Program-made: the position numbers and the translations under genes
Origin: Felis catus
Lineage: Eukaryota
Length of the DNA: 64,000 nt
Reading direction: 5' to 3'
Assembly: GCF_018350175.1 (NCBI RefSeq)
Contig: NC_058368.1
Coordinates: 13,392,001 to 13,456,000 of the forward strand
Shown: in pieces, positions 63,245-64,000 of the stretch
Position numbering within the stretch: position 1 is the first letter of the stretch
Layout of the letters: every line of letters begins with the position of its first letter
The notes under the pieces: generated by a model
What the model was told of the DNA's origin: nothing
Databases searched by the model: none
What the model saw: the letters and a program-made list of their open reading frames with translations, nothing else

Positions 63245-63927
63245 GTGTCAGAGTTATCCAAGGAAACAAACAACATGATATACAGCTGACCCTTGAACAA
63301 TACAGGTTCGAACTGCATAGATCACTTATATGTGGATTTTGTACAGTACTGTAAATGTATTTTCTTTTCCTTCTGATTTTCTTTTCTCTAGCTTCCTTTA
63401 TTGTAAGAAAACAGTATATAATACAGATAACATATAAAATACGTGTAAATCATCTGCTTAGGTTATCAGTAAAGCTGGTCAGTAGCAGTCTCTTATTACT
63501 TAAGTTTTGAGGGACTCGAAAGTTATACACAGATTTTTGACGGTACAGGGGGTTGGCACTCCTCACCCCCAAGTTGTTCAAGGGTCAACTGTATATATAG
63601 AGAGAGATTTTAAGGAACTGGCTTACGGGACTTTGGAGACTGGCAAGTCTAAAACTGGTTAGGTCAGGCCAGCTAGCTACAGATTTCATTTTAGAGTTGA
63701 TGTTGCAGCTTTGAGTTTGAAATCTTTAGGGCAGACCATCAAGCTGAAAACTCAGGTAGAGTTTCTATGTTGCAGTTTTAATACAAAAATTTTTCTTCCT
63801 AAAACCTCAGACTTGCTCGTAAGGCCTTCAACTGTTTGGGTGAGGCCCACCCACTATATGGAGGGTAATCTGCTTTACTAAAAGCTTTCTGATTGTAAAT
63901 GCTAATCACACTTAAAAAACATCTTTA
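63245..63927 (-). mobile_element. MLT2-type LTR hosting a Tigger element and a SINE
   Basis: 'ttttaaggaactggctt...ctggcaagtctaaaa' and 'ggccttcaactg...tgaggcccacccac...ggagggtaatctgctttact'. Confidence 0.85.
63283..63591. mobile_element. Non-autonomous TcMar-Tigger2-type DNA transposon (Tigger2a/MER28-like)
   Basis: TIRs cagctgacccttgaacaa / ttgttcaagggtcaactg flanked by TA duplications. Confidence 0.92.
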
Positions 63928-64000
63928 GGGGCGCCTGGGTGGCGCAGTCGGTTAAGCGTCCGACTTCAGCCAGGTCACGATCTCGTGGTCCGTGAGTTCG
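63928..64000 (+). mobile_element. Young SINEC_Fc-type SINE (cut by the window edge)
   Basis: ggggcgcctgggtggcgcagtcggttaagcgtccgacttcagccaggtcacg. Confidence 0.95.

Overview
Mammalian genomic DNA, almost certainly from a felid: it carries about 25 tRNA-derived carnivore SINEs (CanSINE/SINEC, including young SINEC_Fc-type copies with target-site duplications, TSDs) and a cat-type L1 3' end. I could not identify any intact protein-coding gene. The listed ORFs are SINE read-throughs, decayed L1/L2/ERV-L fragments or chance ORFs. The first ~8.6 kb looks like the 5' end of a minus-strand gene running off the left edge. The evidence is a CpG-enriched promoter-like patch with an RFX X-box, a CCAAT box and GC boxes at ~7.99-8.56 kb, plus candidate exons with consensus splice donors at 3895 and 633. 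I cannot name this gene. The rest looks like upstream or intergenic DNA layered with old repeats (MIR, L2, L1M, MaLR/ERV-L LTRs, a truncated ERV-L provirus, Charlie- and Tigger-type DNA transposons). The most unusual items are local rearrangements: two dispersed duplications, two tandem duplications with fold-back junctions, an ORF2-less L1-like element, a SINE with a possible 3' transduction, and CpG-rich patches in ancient LTRs. I found no convincing novel biological system. Repeat family names come from recalled consensus sequences, and boundaries without TSDs are approximate.
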